From Candidatus Methylomirabilota bacterium (lineage in GTDB: Bacteria; Methylomirabilota; Methylomirabilia; Rokubacteriales; CSP1-6), in NCBI GenBank assembly GCA_035708525.1, contig DASSSH010000180.1, positions 1 through 60,872 on the forward strand: 60,872 bases of DNA, read 5' to 3'. The first letter of the stretch is position 1; every line of letters begins with the position of its first letter. The notes below the pieces were generated by a model. It was not told the DNA's origin and did no database searches. It saw only the letters and a program-made list of their open reading frames with translations. The position numbers and the translations under genes are program-made. This document shows positions 7,557 to 18,526 of the stretch, in pieces.

Positions 7557-8410
7557 AGCGGATCGGCATCGTCGCCAAGACGGACCGGGAAGACGCGCGG
7601 ACGGTGGTGCCCCGGCTGCTGCAGTGGTGCCTGGCGCGCGGCTTCCAGCCCGTCGTCGAGAAGGAAACGGCCGGGCTCTGCCCGGACGCGGCCGTGGCGA
7701 CGGCGCGCAAGCCCGATCTCCCCGGTCAGGTGGACCTGTTGCTGGTCCTGGGCGGCGACGGGACCCTGCTCTCGGTGGCGCGGCTGGTCGGCGATCTGGG
7801 CATCCCCATCCTCGGCGTGAATCTAGGCGGCCTCGGCTTTCTCACGGCCCTCACCGTGGAGGAGCTGTTCCCGGCCCTCGAAGCCTACCTGAACCGCGAG
7901 CTGGTCATCGAGGAGCGGATGATGCTCGGGGCCGCCGTCTTCAGGCAGGGGGAGCGGCTCTCGGAATACGTCGCCCTCAACGACGTGGTCATCACCAAGT
8001 CGGCGATGAGCCGGATCATCCGGCTCGAGGTGGCGGTGGACGGCCACTTCGCCACCGGGTACCGGGCCGACGGGCTGATCATCTCGACACCGACGGGCTC
8101 GACGGCGTACTGCCTGTCTGCCGGCGGGCCGATCGTCTTTCCCACCATGGACGCCGTGGTGCTCACTCCGATCTGCTCGCACACCCTCACCAATCGCCCC
8201 ATCGTCCTGCCCGCCACCCAGCAGATCGAGGTCACCCTGCTGACCGACCAGGACGTGATGCTCACGCTGGACGGGCAGGTGGGCTTCGCCCTCAAGCAGT
8301 CCGACACGGTGCTGGTCTTCCGCGCCACCTCCCGTATCCGGCTCCTGCGCTTCCCGCAGAAGCACTTCTTCTCGGTGCTCCGGACCAAGTTGAAGTGGGG
8401 CGAGCGGTAG
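7553..8410 (+). CDS. nadK: NAD+ kinase
   Basis: MKRIGIVAK..., the GGDGTLL motif and a C-terminal NAD kinase fold. Its ATGA start overlaps the tlyA stop. Confidence 0.92.
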   Translation: MKRIGIVAKTDREDARTVVPRLLQWCLARGFQPVVEKETAGLCPDAAVATARKPDLPGQVDLLLVLGGDGTLLSVARLVGDLGIPILGVNLGGLGFLTALTVEELFPALEAYLNRELVIEERMMLGAAVFRQGERLSEYVALNDVVITKSAMSRIIRLEVAVDGHFATGYRADGLIISTPTGSTAYCLSAGGPIVFPTMDAVVLTPICSHTLTNRPIVLPATQQIEVTLLTDQDVMLTLDGQVGFALKQSDTVLVFRATSRIRLLRFPQKHFFSVLRTKLKWGER

Positions 8411-8463
8411 AGCACCGTTCATCCTCAGATACAGGTTGAGCCCGGGCCCGGCTTGGCCTTAGC

Positions 8464-10191
8464 ATGGCGGCGACCGCCATGCTGAGGGAGCTTTCCATCC
8501 GGAACCTGGCCGTGGTCGAAGAGGCCGTGGTCCCGTTCGCTCCCGGCTTCAACGTCTTGACCGGCGAGACCGGCGCCGGAAAATCCATCCTGATCGACGC
8601 CCTCCTGCTGATCATCGGCGCACGAGCCCATCCCGACGTGATCCGGTCCGGCGTGGAGACGGCGGTGGTCGAGGCCATCTTCGACGTGGACCCGTCGGGA
8701 CCTGTCGCCGCCCTCCTCGACGAAGCGGGCCATGGCCTGCGCGACCCCCAGGTGCTGATCAAGCGCGAGCTGTCGCGCGCCGGCCGGCATCGCGTCTGGG
8801 TCAACGATTCGGCGGCCACTGTCGGGCTGCTGGAGCGGCTCGGCGATCTGCTGGTCGAAGTGCACGGCCAGCACGAACACCAGCGCCTCATGGAGCCGGC
8901 CCGCCAGCTCGAGCTCCTGGACCGGTTCGCCGGCTGCGCCGAGCAGCGCGAGCGGGTCGGCGCCCTGGTGCGGCGCTGGGAGGAGGCGCGCGCCGCCCTC
9001 ACCCGGGTCCGGGACGAGCTTCGAGCCACGGTCCAGCAGGAAGATCTCTATCGCTTCCAGCTTTCCGAGATCGACGCCGTCCGGCTCAAGGAGGGCGAGG
9101 AGGAGGAGCTCCGGGCCGAGCGCACCCGGCTCCAGCATGCCGAGCGCATCTATGGGGCGCTGCAGGAGGTCCTGAGCCAGCTGTACGAGGACCAGGCCTC
9201 CGCCGCGACGCGGCTCGCCAAGGCCACCACCCTGCTGCACGATCTGACCCGCTTTGATCCCGACGCGGGGACGCCCATGGAAGCGCTCGAGGGGGCTCAG
9301 GCCTATGTGGAGGACAGCGTGGCCCGCGTCCGCGCCCTGCGCGACCGAGCGGTCTTCGATCCCGAGCGCCTCGAGCAGATCGACAGCCGCCTGGATGGGA
9401 TCGTCAAGCTCAAGCGGAAGTACGGCGACACGGTCGCCGCGATCCTGGCCCGCCGGCAAGAGATCGCCGCGGCACTCGAGCGGGTCGACCGGCAGGACGC
9501 CGTGCTGGAGGAGATCGAGCGCGAGGTGACCGTGGCCGCACGATCCGCCGCGACCGAGTCAGTCGCGCTCTCGGGAGCGCGAACGGAGGCGGCCGGGCGG
9601 CTCGAGCGCCTGATCCAGAGGGAGGTCCGCGCCCTCGGCATGGAGCACGGGCGATTCCACGTGGCGCTGCGGCGTGAGCCCGCGGGAGCCGGCGAGCTCG
9701 CCAGCGGCGACGGCTCCTGGCGAATCGGTCTTCGGGGCACGGAGACGGCCGAGTTCCTCCTCTCGGCCAACCCGGGCGAAGAGCTGCGGGCGCTGGCCAA
9801 GGTGATCTCGGGTGGCGAGCTGTCGCGCGTCATGCTCGCCGTGAAGACCATCCTGGCCGCCGCCGACGAGGTTCCGACGCTGGTCTTCGACGAGGTGGAC
9901 GCGGGGATCGGGGGCCGCGTCGCCGACATGGTCGGGCAGAAGCTCCGCGCCACCGCGACGGGGCGGCAGGTCCTCTGCGTCACCCACTTGGGCCCCATCG
10001 CCGCCTACGCCTCGCACCACCTGCGGGTCGAGAAGCGGATCAGCCGGGGCGCGACGCGCACGACGGTGACCGCCCTCGGCGGCGAGGCGCGGATCGAGGA
10101 GCTGGCGCGCATGCTGGCCGGCGAGCAGGTCACCGAGACCTCGCGCCGTCACGCGCGCGAGCTTCTCCGGACGGCGCGCGCAGGGGACTAG
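8464..10191 (+). CDS. recN: DNA repair protein RecN
   Basis: 575 aa with Walker A GETGAGKS, a long coiled coil and a C-terminal SMC-like signature/Walker B (LVFDEVDAGIGG). The start may instead be the second Met at 8479 (MLRELSIRN). Confidence 0.93.
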   Translation: MAATAMLRELSIRNLAVVEEAVVPFAPGFNVLTGETGAGKSILIDALLLIIGARAHPDVIRSGVETAVVEAIFDVDPSGPVAALLDEAGHGLRDPQVLIKRELSRAGRHRVWVNDSAATVGLLERLGDLLVEVHGQHEHQRLMEPARQLELLDRFAGCAEQRERVGALVRRWEEARAALTRVRDELRATVQQEDLYRFQLSEIDAVRLKEGEEEELRAERTRLQHAERIYGALQEVLSQLYEDQASAATRLAKATTLLHDLTRFDPDAGTPMEALEGAQAYVEDSVARVRALRDRAVFDPERLEQIDSRLDGIVKLKRKYGDTVAAILARRQEIAAALERVDRQDAVLEEIEREVTVAARSAATESVALSGARTEAAGRLERLIQREVRALGMEHGRFHVALRREPAGAGELASGDGSWRIGLRGTETAEFLLSANPGEELRALAKVISGGELSRVMLAVKTILAAADEVPTLVFDEVDAGIGGRVADMVGQKLRATATGRQVLCVTHLGPIAAYASHHLRVEKRISRGATRTTVTALGGEARIEELARMLAGEQVTETSRRHARELLRTARAGD

Positions 10192-10210
10192 TGTAAGATG
10201 AAGTGCTGAG

Positions 10211-13072
10211 ATGCTTGCCGCCATCTTCCGATCGATCTTCGGCACGAAGCACGAGCGTGACGTCAAGCGCATGCTCCCGACCGTCGAGGCGATCAGCGCC
10301 CTCGAGCCCGGCATGCAGGCGCTGTCCGACGCGGATCTCCGAGCGAAGACCGAGGAGTTCCGCAAGCGGCTGGCCGACGGTGAGGAGCTTGACGCCATCC
10401 TGCCGGAGGCCTTCGCGACCGTGCGCGAGGCGGCCCGGCGCACGGTTCGGATGCGGCACTTCGACGTGCAGCTCATGGGCGGCATCGTGCTGCACGAGGG
10501 CAAGATCGCCGAGATGGCCACCGGCGAAGGAAAGACGCTCGTCGCCACGCTGCCCGCCTACCTGAACGCGCTGCCGGGCCTCGGCACCCACATTGTCACC
10601 GTGAACGACTATCTCGCCCGGCGCGACGCGCAGTGGATGGGACCGATCTACCACGCGGTCGGCCTCACGGTCGGCGTGATCCAGCACGAGGTCCAGTATC
10701 TCTACGACCCGTCCTACGCGTCGCCCGACATCCGCCTGGCGGGCCTTCGGCCCTGCACCCGCCGGGAGGCGTACCACGCCGACGTCACGTACGGAACGAA
10801 CAACGAGTTTGGCTTCGATTACCTCCGCGACAACATGAAGTTCAGCCTCGACGACGTGGTGCAGCGGGAGCATCACTACGCCATCGTCGACGAGGTCGAC
10901 TCCATCCTCATCGACGAGGCCCGGACGCCGCTGATCATCTCCGGTCGCGACCCCGCCGCCGAGAGCAAGGCGCCCATGTACGAGAAGGTCAACCGCATCG
11001 TCCAGAAGCTCAAGCGGGCGGCCACCATCGTGGAGGGCAAGCTGTCGGAGATCGAGGAGCAGGCCGAGGGCGACTTCATCGTGGACGAGAAGGCCCGGGC
11101 GGTTTCCCTGACGGAGCAGGGGGTGGCCCACTGCGAGCGGCTGCTCGGCGTCGAGAACCTGTCCGATCCCGCCCACATGGAGCTCGCCCACCACATTCAC
11201 CAGGCCCTCAAGGCGCATCACCTGTTCCAGCGGGACGTGGACTACGTGGTCAAGGAGATCGAAGCGGTGGACGACGACGGGCGCGCGTCGGTCCAGCCGC
11301 AAGTGGTGATCGTCGACGAGTTCACCGGGCGAATGATGCCGGGGCGGCGTTGGTCGGATGGGCTCCACGAGGCCGTTGAGGCCAGGGAGGGCATCAGGAT
11401 CGCCAAGGAGAATCAAACTCTTGCGACGATCACCCTCCAGAATTACTTCAGGATGTACGACAAGCTCGCTGGCATGACCGGCACCGCCGCCACCGAGGCG
11501 GAGGAGTTCGCCAAGATCTACAAGCTGGACGTCACGGTCATCCCGACCAACCAGCCCCTCATCCGGATCAATAACCCCGACGTGGTCTACAAGACCGAGC
11601 GGGAGAAGTTCGAGGCCGTGAGCAGCGAGATCGCCGAGCGCCACGGCAAGGGACAGCCGGTGCTGGTCGGCACGGTGTCCATCGAGAAGTCCGAGCGACT
11701 GTCGAAGCTGCTCAAGCGGCGCGGCATCCCGCACCAGGTGCTCAACGCCAAGTACCACGAGCGCGAGGCCGAGATCGTGGCCCAGGCCGGCCGGGAGGGC
11801 ACCGTGACCATCGCCACCAACATGGCAGGGCGGGGCACCGACATCCTGCTGGGCGGCAATCCCGACTTCCTGGCCAAGGGCATCCTGAGCAAGCGCGGTT
11901 TGGATCCGGCCACCGCGCCGTCGGACGCGCGGCAGTCGGCCTGGGAGGAAGCCAAGACGGCCACGGACCCTGAGCACGAGCGGGTGGTGGCGCTGGGAGG
12001 CCTGCACATCATCGGCACGGAGCGGCACGAGTCCCGGCGCGTGGACAACCAGCTCCGCGGCCGCTCGGGCCGTCAGGGTGATCCCGGGTCGTCCCGCTTC
12101 TACCTGTCGCTCGAGGACGACCTCCTGCGGATCTTCGGCTCCGAGCGCATCCAGCGCATCATGGACCGCCTGGGCATGGAGGAAGGCGAGCCCATCGAGC
12201 ACAAGCTCGTCACCCGCGCCATCAGCACGGCGCAGAAGCGCGTGGAGACCCGCAACTTCGAGATTCGCAAGCACCTGCTCGAGTACGACGACGTGATGAA
12301 CAAGCAGCGCGAGATCGTCTACGGCCTCCGGCGCGAGATGCTCGAAGAGGGCAGCCAGGAGGAAACGGTCCTCGAGTGGATCGAGGAGCTGGCCGCGGGC
12401 CTCGTGGGACGCTACGCGCCCCCGGACTCCCACCCCGAAGACTGGGATCTGGTCGGGTTGAACGAAGGGCTCCACCGCCAGTTCGATTTCCGCCTGCCGT
12501 CCGGGGCGAAGGTCGACGACCTGCCGTCCCACGAGGCCCTGGTCGAGCTGGTCACCGGTGAGGCCGTGCGTGTGTACCGGGAGCGCGAGCACGCGATGGG
12601 CCCGGAGATGTTCCACCGGCTCGAGCGCTGGATCATCCTGGGGCTCGAGTGGGAAGGCGGCGGATTCCGGGGCATCAACCAGCTGTGGCGCGAGCACCTC
12701 CTGAACATGGACCACCTCAAGGAGGGCATCGGCCTCCGGGGATACGGGCAGCGGGATCCGCTGACGGAGTACAAGAAGGAAGCCTTCGAGATGTTCCAGG
12801 AGACGATCGACGCCCTCAAGGAAACCGCCGTCGAGCAGCTCTTCAAGGCCCGGATGACCCAGGAAGAGCCCGCCCCTGCGACGCGCACGGCCTTCCTGGC
12901 CCCCGGCGACCTCCAGGAGGGGCGGGGACACGAAGGCGGCCGCGGGACCATCAGGCCCGCGGGGCGAGCCGAGCCTCGGACGGCCGACGGCCAGAAGGTG
13001 GGACGCAACGACCCCTGTCCCTGCGGCTCCGGCAAGAAGTACAAGAAGTGCTGCCTCCTGAAAGGCGCCTGA
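10211..13072 (+). CDS. secA: Preprotein translocase ATPase SecA
   Basis: 953 aa with the canonical SecA N-terminus ([20 protein letters not shown]) and a C-terminal zinc-binding tail [13 protein letters not shown]. Confidence 0.97.
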   Translation: MLAAIFRSIFGTKHERDVKRMLPTVEAISALEPGMQALSDADLRAKTEEFRKRLADGEELDAILPEAFATVREAARRTVRMRHFDVQLMGGIVLHEGKIAEMATGEGKTLVATLPAYLNALPGLGTHIVTVNDYLARRDAQWMGPIYHAVGLTVGVIQHEVQYLYDPSYASPDIRLAGLRPCTRREAYHADVTYGTNNEFGFDYLRDNMKFSLDDVVQREHHYAIVDEVDSILIDEARTPLIISGRDPAAESKAPMYEKVNRIVQKLKRAATIVEGKLSEIEEQAEGDFIVDEKARAVSLTEQGVAHCERLLGVENLSDPAHMELAHHIHQALKAHHLFQRDVDYVVKEIEAVDDDGRASVQPQVVIVDEFTGRMMPGRRWSDGLHEAVEAREGIRIAKENQTLATITLQNYFRMYDKLAGMTGTAATEAEEFAKIYKLDVTVIPTNQPLIRINNPDVVYKTEREKFEAVSSEIAERHGKGQPVLVGTVSIEKSERLSKLLKRRGIPHQVLNAKYHEREAEIVAQAGREGTVTIATNMAGRGTDILLGGNPDFLAKGILSKRGLDPATAPSDARQSAWEEAKTATDPEHERVVALGGLHIIGTERHESRRVDNQLRGRSGRQGDPGSSRFYLSLEDDLLRIFGSERIQRIMDRLGMEEGEPIEHKLVTRAISTAQKRVETRNFEIRKHLLEYDDVMNKQREIVYGLRREMLEEGSQEETVLEWIEELAAGLVGRYAPPDSHPEDWDLVGLNEGLHRQFDFRLPSGAKVDDLPSHEALVELVTGEAVRVYREREHAMGPEMFHRLERWIILGLEWEGGGFRGINQLWREHLLNMDHLKEGIGLRGYGQRDPLTEYKKEAFEMFQETIDALKETAVEQLFKARMTQEEPAPATRTAFLAPGDLQEGRGHEGGRGTIRPAGRAEPRTADGQKVGRNDPCPCGSGKKYKKCCLLKGA

Positions 13073-13106
13073 GGGTCAACATTTAGTGCGGCGGCCCCTC
13101 CACGCC

Positions 13107-13130
13107 CCCCACGCGTGGGGTTTTTTCTTT
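13107..13130 (+). terminator. Rho-independent terminator after secA
   Basis: The palindromic GC stem CCCCACGCGTGGGG (13107-13120) is followed directly by TTTTTTCTTT. This is the only textbook intrinsic terminator I found in the window. Confidence 0.75.
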
Positions 13131-13188
13131 GGTGGCCCGGCAGGCCCTGTGGTATCAATACCTAGCGCCGTGCGGGCGCGGCGCGACT

Positions 13189-16100
13189 ATGCGTCTTGAA
13201 AGCATCCTGATCCACGGCTTCAAATCCTTCGCCGAGAAGACGGAGCTGCAGGTCTTCCCCGGGGTCACCTGCATCGTCGGACCCAACGGCTGCGGCAAGT
13301 CCAATGTCGCCGATGCCGTTCGCTGGGCGCTCGGCGAGCAGAGCCCCAAGATCCTCCGTGGCCAGAGGATGGAAGACGTCATCTTCCACGGCTCGGCCTC
13401 CCGCAAGTCGCTGGGCATGGCCGACGTGAGCCTCCTCTTCAACAACGACGGCGGGCTCAACGTCCCGTGGAGCGAGGTGGCGGTGGCGCGCCGGCTGTAC
13501 CGGACCGGGGAGAGCGAATACCTGCTCAACGGCGGCGTGTGCCGGCTACGCGACATTCAGGATCTGTTCGCCGGCACCGGCGTCAACCCCAAGGCGTATG
13601 CCCTCATGGACCAGGACCGTCTCAACCACGTGCTGACGGCCAAGCCGTGGGAGCGCCGGATCTTTATCGAGGAAGCCGCGGGCATCGCGCGCTACAAGCA
13701 GCAGCGCGCCGAAACCCAGGGAAAGCTGGACGCCGCGCGCCAGAACCTCCAACGGGTCCGCGACGTGATGGAGGAGGTGCGCCGCCAGCTCGGCTCGATC
13801 GAACGGCAGGCGCGCAAGGCCCAGCAGTACAAGGCCCTGAACGCGGAGCGGCAGGCGCTGGACTTGGCGATGCTGGCGGCGGACTTCGTGACACTGTCCG
13901 CGCTCGCCGAGGTGCTGACCCGGCAGATGGGCGAGCTGCGGGATACGGAGACGCAGCAGCGCATCCGCATCGCGAGTCTGACTGGGCGTCTCGCCCTGCA
14001 GGCTGCCGAGATCCAGGACACGGAGTACCGCCTCGGTGATCTGCGCCAGTCCGTCCAGAAGATCCAGGGAGAAGCCGAGCGACTCCTGGAGCGCCGGGAG
14101 CAGATGGGGCTGCAGATCCGCGACCTGGCCGACGAAGAGGCGCGGCTGGGCGAGGAGATCCAGAGCCTCGGCGAGCGCCGCGCGGCGCTCGGCGCCGAGC
14201 GCCAGGGCAAGCTGGCCACGCTGGCCGAGGGTCGCCAGCGCCATGCCGACCAGGCCGCGCGGTTGCGCGAACTCCTGAGCGGGCTCGAGAGCTGCCGAGC
14301 GGCCCTCACCGCCCAGCGGCAGCGATTCGAGCAACTCCGGGAAGAGCGGATCGGCGTGGCGGGGTCGAGGGCCGACCTGACCCGCTCCAGTGGGGAGCTG
14401 AGGGAGCGCGGCGTGCATCTGGACCGGCGCAGCGAGCGGCTCGAAGCCGAGACGGCCGCCGCGCGCAGTGAGGCGGAGCGTCTTGCCGGCGCCCGGGCCC
14501 GCCTCGAGGCGGCCCGGCGGCACACCGGGGCGCAGCTCTCGCTCCTCAGCGTCGAGCTCCAGCAGCTGGAAGCCACGCGAACCGCATGCGAGGCCCGCCG
14601 GGCCGAGGCGCAGCAGGCGCTGGCCGAGCTTCGCCTCACGCTGGCGGCACGTCAATCAGCGCTCGAAGCGCTGGAACGGCTGGAGGGCGAGCGGGAAGGC
14701 TACGGCGCGGGGGTGCGGGCCATCTTCTCGAAGGCCGCCGCCGCGGAGCTTCGCGGCGTGGTGGGAACGGTGGCGGACCTCCTCGAGGTGCCGACGGGGC
14801 TGGAGGCCGCGGTGGAGGCGGTGCTGGGTGACCGGCTCCAGTGGGTGGTGGTCGAGCGCTTCGACCAGGCCCGGGCCGCGTTGAGTTATCTCGGTCGCGA
14901 GGGAGCCGGTGCCGCCACGCTCCTGCCTCTGGAGACCCTCCCGAGCGCCGAGGCGGTGCCGGAGGATTCGGCCGAGGTCCGCTGGGCCGCGCGGCTCGTG
15001 GGTGGGGCGAGGCGCGAGCTGCTGCACTACCTGCTCGGACGAGTGGGGGTTGTGGCCCATCTCGATCAGGCCGAGTCGCTGTGGCGGCGCAACGGGGTGG
15101 TGGCCACCTATGTCACGCCGTCGGGCGAGGTGCTGTCGCCCACCGGTCGCTTGACGGGGGGCAGGCGTGACAGCGAGCGGCAGAGCAACGACCACTCCAT
15201 CCTCGGGCGCAAGCGCGCGATCCGGCAGCTGGGTGAGGAGATCACGGCGCTCAGGCGCCAGGTGGACGCGGCGACGACGGCGCTGGAAGGGCTCGACGGC
15301 GAAGTCGCGGGGCTGCGGGCGCGCCAGGAGAGCCTGCACTCGAACTACCAGGCCCAGGAGACGGCCCGCCTGACCGGCGACAAGGACTTGGAGTCGCTGC
15401 AGCGGGAAGAGGAGCGCGTGGCGCGCCATCTGGAAACCCTCGCTGCGGAGGGACGCCAGACGGATGAAGAGCGCGCCGACACGGTGCGGCGACTCCAGGA
15501 CCTCGAGGGCTCACTCGCCGCGGCCGCCGAGCGGGAGACGGCGCTCGATCACGCCATGGCCGAGCTGCGTGAGACCTTGGACACCGCCCAGGCGGCAGAG
15601 GCAGCGCTCGGGCGCGATGCGACCGCCTGCGAGGCCGAGTTGGCAGCCGTTGCCGAGCGCGTCGAGGCGCTCGGTCGTGACATCGAGCGGCTGAGCGAGT
15701 TCGAGCACGACTTCGCGCTGCAGCTGGAGCAGGCGACACAGCGTCGGGCGCAGACCGCCGACCGCCGCGCGGACCTCGCTCAGGAGCGCGAGCGCACCGA
15801 CGCGCAGGCCCGTGAAGCGGCCGGAGAGCGCGACCGTCTCGAGGCCGAGGTCCGGGTGATCGCGGACGAGCACCAGCGGCAAGTCGAAGAGCGCGAGCGG
15901 ATCGAGGGGGAGCTGCGCGAGGTCCAGGGGGAGGTCAACGGGCTGGTGAGCCGCCTCCACGAGCTGGACCTGCAGGCCACGGAGAGCCGCGTGCGCCGCG
16001 AGGAGCTGCTCCAGGAAGCGCGCCGCCGGCACGCGCTCGAGAGCGCGGAGGCGCTGCTCGCCGCCCACGATGCGTCACGGGATCCGGAGCAGGTCCGGGC

Positions 16101-16746
16101 CCGCCACGATGAGCTGGCGGCGAAGCTGGAGGCCATGGGGCCGGTCAACCTCGTGGCCGATGAGGAGTACCGGGAGTTGGAGGAGCGGCTCGCCTTCCTA
16201 AAAGCCCAGCACGACGACGTGGTGGCCTCCATCAAGGACCTCGAGAAGGCGCTCCGGGGCATGACCCACACGGCCCAAGAGCGATTCCAAGAGGCCTTCA
16301 ACGACATCAACCGGCACTTCGGCGATATTTTTTCCCGTCTCTTCGAGGGTGGCCGCGCCGAGCTGCGGATGGTACCGCCGGAGGAGGGCGACGACGACCC
16401 GCTCGAGCTGGGCATCGAGCTCATGGCCCAGCCGCGGGGCAAGCGGCTCCAGGCGGTGACGCTGATGTCGGGAGGCGAGAAGGCGCTGACCGGCTTGGCG
16501 CTGCTGTTCGCGATCTTCTATCACCGCCCGAGCCCCTTCTGCGTGCTCGACGAGGTGGACGCTCCGCTCGACGACGCCAACATCCACCGCTTCCTGCGGG
16601 TCCTGCGGGAGCTCTGCTCGCAGACCCAATTCATCGTCATCACCCACAACCGCAAGACGATGGAAGCCGCCGACGTCCTCTACGGCGTCACCATGGAGGA
16701 GCCGGGACTGAGCCGGCTGGTCTCCGTGCGGCTGACTGAGGCGTAA
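13189..16746 (+). CDS. smc: Chromosome segregation protein SMC
   Basis: MRLESILIHGFKSF..., Walker A GPNGCGKSN, long coiled coils with a hinge, the C-terminal LSGGEK signature and DEVDAPLD Walker B. I prefer ATG 13189 over the track start at 13129. Confidence 0.95.
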   Translation: MRLESILIHGFKSFAEKTELQVFPGVTCIVGPNGCGKSNVADAVRWALGEQSPKILRGQRMEDVIFHGSASRKSLGMADVSLLFNNDGGLNVPWSEVAVARRLYRTGESEYLLNGGVCRLRDIQDLFAGTGVNPKAYALMDQDRLNHVLTAKPWERRIFIEEAAGIARYKQQRAETQGKLDAARQNLQRVRDVMEEVRRQLGSIERQARKAQQYKALNAERQALDLAMLAADFVTLSALAEVLTRQMGELRDTETQQRIRIASLTGRLALQAAEIQDTEYRLGDLRQSVQKIQGEAERLLERREQMGLQIRDLADEEARLGEEIQSLGERRAALGAERQGKLATLAEGRQRHADQAARLRELLSGLESCRAALTAQRQRFEQLREERIGVAGSRADLTRSSGELRERGVHLDRRSERLEAETAAARSEAERLAGARARLEAARRHTGAQLSLLSVELQQLEATRTACEARRAEAQQALAELRLTLAARQSALEALERLEGEREGYGAGVRAIFSKAAAAELRGVVGTVADLLEVPTGLEAAVEAVLGDRLQWVVVERFDQARAALSYLGREGAGAATLLPLETLPSAEAVPEDSAEVRWAARLVGGARRELLHYLLGRVGVVAHLDQAESLWRRNGVVATYVTPSGEVLSPTGRLTGGRRDSERQSNDHSILGRKRAIRQLGEEITALRRQVDAATTALEGLDGEVAGLRARQESLHSNYQAQETARLTGDKDLESLQREEERVARHLETLAAEGRQTDEERADTVRRLQDLEGSLAAAAERETALDHAMAELRETLDTAQAAEAALGRDATACEAELAAVAERVEALGRDIERLSEFEHDFALQLEQATQRRAQTADRRADLAQERERTDAQAREAAGERDRLEAEVRVIADEHQRQVEERERIEGELREVQGEVNGLVSRLHELDLQATESRVRREELLQEARRRHALESAEALLAAHDASRDPEQVRARHDELAAKLEAMGPVNLVADEEYRELEERLAFLKAQHDDVVASIKDLEKALRGMTHTAQERFQEAFNDINRHFGDIFSRLFEGGRAELRMVPPEEGDDDPLELGIELMAQPRGKRLQAVTLMSGGEKALTGLALLFAIFYHRPSPFCVLDEVDAPLDDANIHRFLRVLRELCSQTQFIVITHNRKTMEAADVLYGVTMEEPGLSRLVSVRLTEA

Positions 16747-16759
16747 CCCCGCTCGCTGC

Positions 16760-16789
16760 TTGACTTTTCCGCTGACCCGCCCTTACACT
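16760..16789 (+). promoter_or_regulatory. Sigma70-like promoter TTGACT-N18-TACACT immediately upstream of the rodZ ATG
   Basis: The -35 TTGACT lies at 16760-16765 and the -10 TACACT at 16784-16789. ATG 16797 is only 7 nt downstream and has no Shine-Dalgarno. Confidence 0.45.
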
Positions 16790-16796
16790 CCGACCC

Positions 16797-17606
16797 ATGG
16801 AGCAGGCGGAAGCCGCGCGCTCTTTGGGGACTTATCTGCGCTCGCTTCGAGAGATCAAGGGCGGCTCTCTCGAGGAGATGGCCCGCTCCACCCGCGTCGG
16901 CGTCCGTCATCTCGAGGCCCTCGAAAACAATAATCTCGCCGAGCTTCCAGCCCCGGTCTTCGTTCGAGGCTTCATCCGTGCCTACTGCAGCTTCCTGAAC
17001 GAGCCGGCCGACACTGCCCTGGCGCGCTATCGCGAGCTCCTGGGAGAGCGTGAGTCCGCCGAAATCGGAGGCGCACCGCCGAGCCGCCAAGCGGAATCGT
17101 GGCGCAGCAGTCCGGTGCTGATCAGCCTCGCGCTGCTCGCGGCCTTCGGGATCGGGCTGCTCGCGCTCAACGGGATCCTCCGGCGGCCGCCCAAGGCCCC
17201 CGTGCCGGTCGTCACCGCGCCCGCCCCCGCCGAAGCGCCGAGCCCGATCGCTGCCGCCGGGACGCCGGCGGAAGGTCGGCCGGGCCTGGTCGCTGGCGCT
17301 CCACCCGCCTCGACCGCCGCGGCGACGCCACCCGAGAGCGCGGGAGTACCTGCGGGCGCTCAGCACCGGCTGGTCGTGAAGGCGGTCGAAGCCACCTGGA
17401 TTCGCGTGCAGACCGACGACGGCCGCGTGGCCGAGGAGCTGCTACCCCCGGGCGCCACGCGGGAGTGGACCTCGACCAAGCGCTTCGTTCTCACCATCGG
17501 CAACGCCGGCGGAATCGAGATCGAGTTGAACGGTCGGGTGCTGGCGCCGCTGGGCGCCAGGGGTGCGGTGATTCAGCGGCTCGAGCTGCCCCAGGGCGGC
17601 TCGTGA
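16797..17606 (+). CDS. rodZ: RodZ-like cytoskeleton protein (N-terminal HTH, one TM segment, C-terminal DUF4115-like domain)
   Basis: The XRE-type HTH is LGTYLRSLREIKGGSLEEMARSTRVGVRHLEALE, followed by FVRGFIRAYCSFL. A TM segment is VLISLALLAAFGIGLLAL, and the protein has a Pro/Ala-rich linker and a conserved C-terminal beta domain. Confidence 0.8.
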   Translation: MEQAEAARSLGTYLRSLREIKGGSLEEMARSTRVGVRHLEALENNNLAELPAPVFVRGFIRAYCSFLNEPADTALARYRELLGERESAEIGGAPPSRQAESWRSSPVLISLALLAAFGIGLLALNGILRRPPKAPVPVVTAPAPAEAPSPIAAAGTPAEGRPGLVAGAPPASTAAATPPESAGVPAGAQHRLVVKAVEATWIRVQTDDGRVAEELLPPGATREWTSTKRFVLTIGNAGGIEIELNGRVLAPLGARGAVIQRLELPQGGS

Positions 17607-18526
17607 GCCTCTTCGGGGCTTTCGCCGACCGGGTCCGAGATGGGCTGCGCCGGACCCGAGCGGCCGTCGAAGACGGCCTCGACCGCGTCCTGGCCGTCGG
17701 GCGGCCGGTGGACGCGGCCCTGCTCGACGAGCTGGAAGAGGCGCTGATCGCCGCGGATCTGGGAGCCGCGGCGGCCGCGGCGTTCGTCGAGCGGGTGCGA
17801 GAGCAAGCGCACCGCGGCCGATCCGGCTCGGCCCAGGACGTCAAGGCGCTGCTCCGGCGCTTTCTCGAGGACACGCTGGCCGGCGCGGCGGCACCCCTGA
17901 ATCTCGAGGCCAAACCCACAGTCATTCTCATGCTCGGTGTCAACGGCGCCGGCAAGACCACCAGCATCGGAAAGCTCGCGGCGGCGCTCCGGAGCTCGGG
18001 CCGCAGCGTCCTCATCGCCGCGGCCGACACCTTTCGCGCCGCGGCCATCGAGCAGCTCGAAGAATGGGGCCGCCGGGCCCAGGTCGAGGTCGTTCGGCAG
18101 GGGACTGGGGCCGATCCTTCCGCCGTCGTCTTCGACGCCGTCAAGGCGGCGACCTCCCGCGGAATCGACGTGCTGCTCGTGGACACGGCGGGTCGGCTGC
18201 ACACGAAGTCCAACCTCATGGACGAGTTGGCGAAGCTCAAGAAGGTGGTATCCCGCCAGCTTCCCGGCGCGCCTCACGAGTGCCTCATGGTCCTCGAGGC
18301 GCCGACGGGCCAGAATGGGCTGCAGCAGGCGCGCATGTTCCACGACGCCATCGGCCTGACGGGGCTGGTGCTGACCAAGCTGGACGGCACGGCCAAGGGC
18401 GGCATCGTCGTGCCGATCTGGGAGGCGCTCCACGTGCCGATCAAGCTGATCGGCGTCGGAGAGCGAATCGAGGATCTGCAGCCGTTCGATCCCAAGACCT
18501 TCGTGGACGCCATCGTGAGCGAGTGA
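17603..18526 (+). CDS. ftsY: Signal recognition particle receptor FtsY (short form, NG domain only)
   Basis: GTG start in a GTGA overlap with rodZ. GTPase motifs are GVNGAGKTT, DTAGR and TKLDGTAKGG. Confidence 0.93.
   Translation: MSLFGAFADRVRDGLRRTRAAVEDGLDRVLAVGRPVDAALLDELEEALIAADLGAAAAAAFVERVREQAHRGRSGSAQDVKALLRRFLEDTLAGAAAPLNLEAKPTVILMLGVNGAGKTTSIGKLAAALRSSGRSVLIAAADTFRAAAIEQLEEWGRRAQVEVVRQGTGADPSAVVFDAVKAATSRGIDVLLVDTAGRLHTKSNLMDELAKLKKVVSRQLPGAPHECLMVLEAPTGQNGLQQARMFHDAIGLTGLVLTKLDGTAKGGIVVPIWEALHVPIKLIGVGERIEDLQPFDPKTFVDAIVSE

Noticed and set aside
8411-8463. Search for an SOS (LexA) box upstream of recN
   Set aside because: I found no match to the LexA operator consensi I know (CTGT-N8-ACAG, GAAC-N4-GTTC, GTTC-N7-GTTC). 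A TTGAGC-N17-TTAGCA promoter-like pair would overlap the annotated ATG, so I did not call it.
10130-12931. 933-aa ORF on the minus strand, antisense to secA
   Set aside because: It lies exactly antisense to an unambiguous SecA gene. Its translation is low-complexity (rich in L, V, D, H, R, G, P, E) with no recognisable domain. Long antisense ORFs are expected in DNA this GC-rich because stop codons are rare.
13151-13162. Inverted repeat GGTAT-CA-ATACC with an embedded TATCAA upstream of smc, as a possible operator or -10 element
   Set aside because: The repeat arms are only 5 bp and the -35 match is weak (TTGGTG). This is too little evidence to call a promoter or operator.
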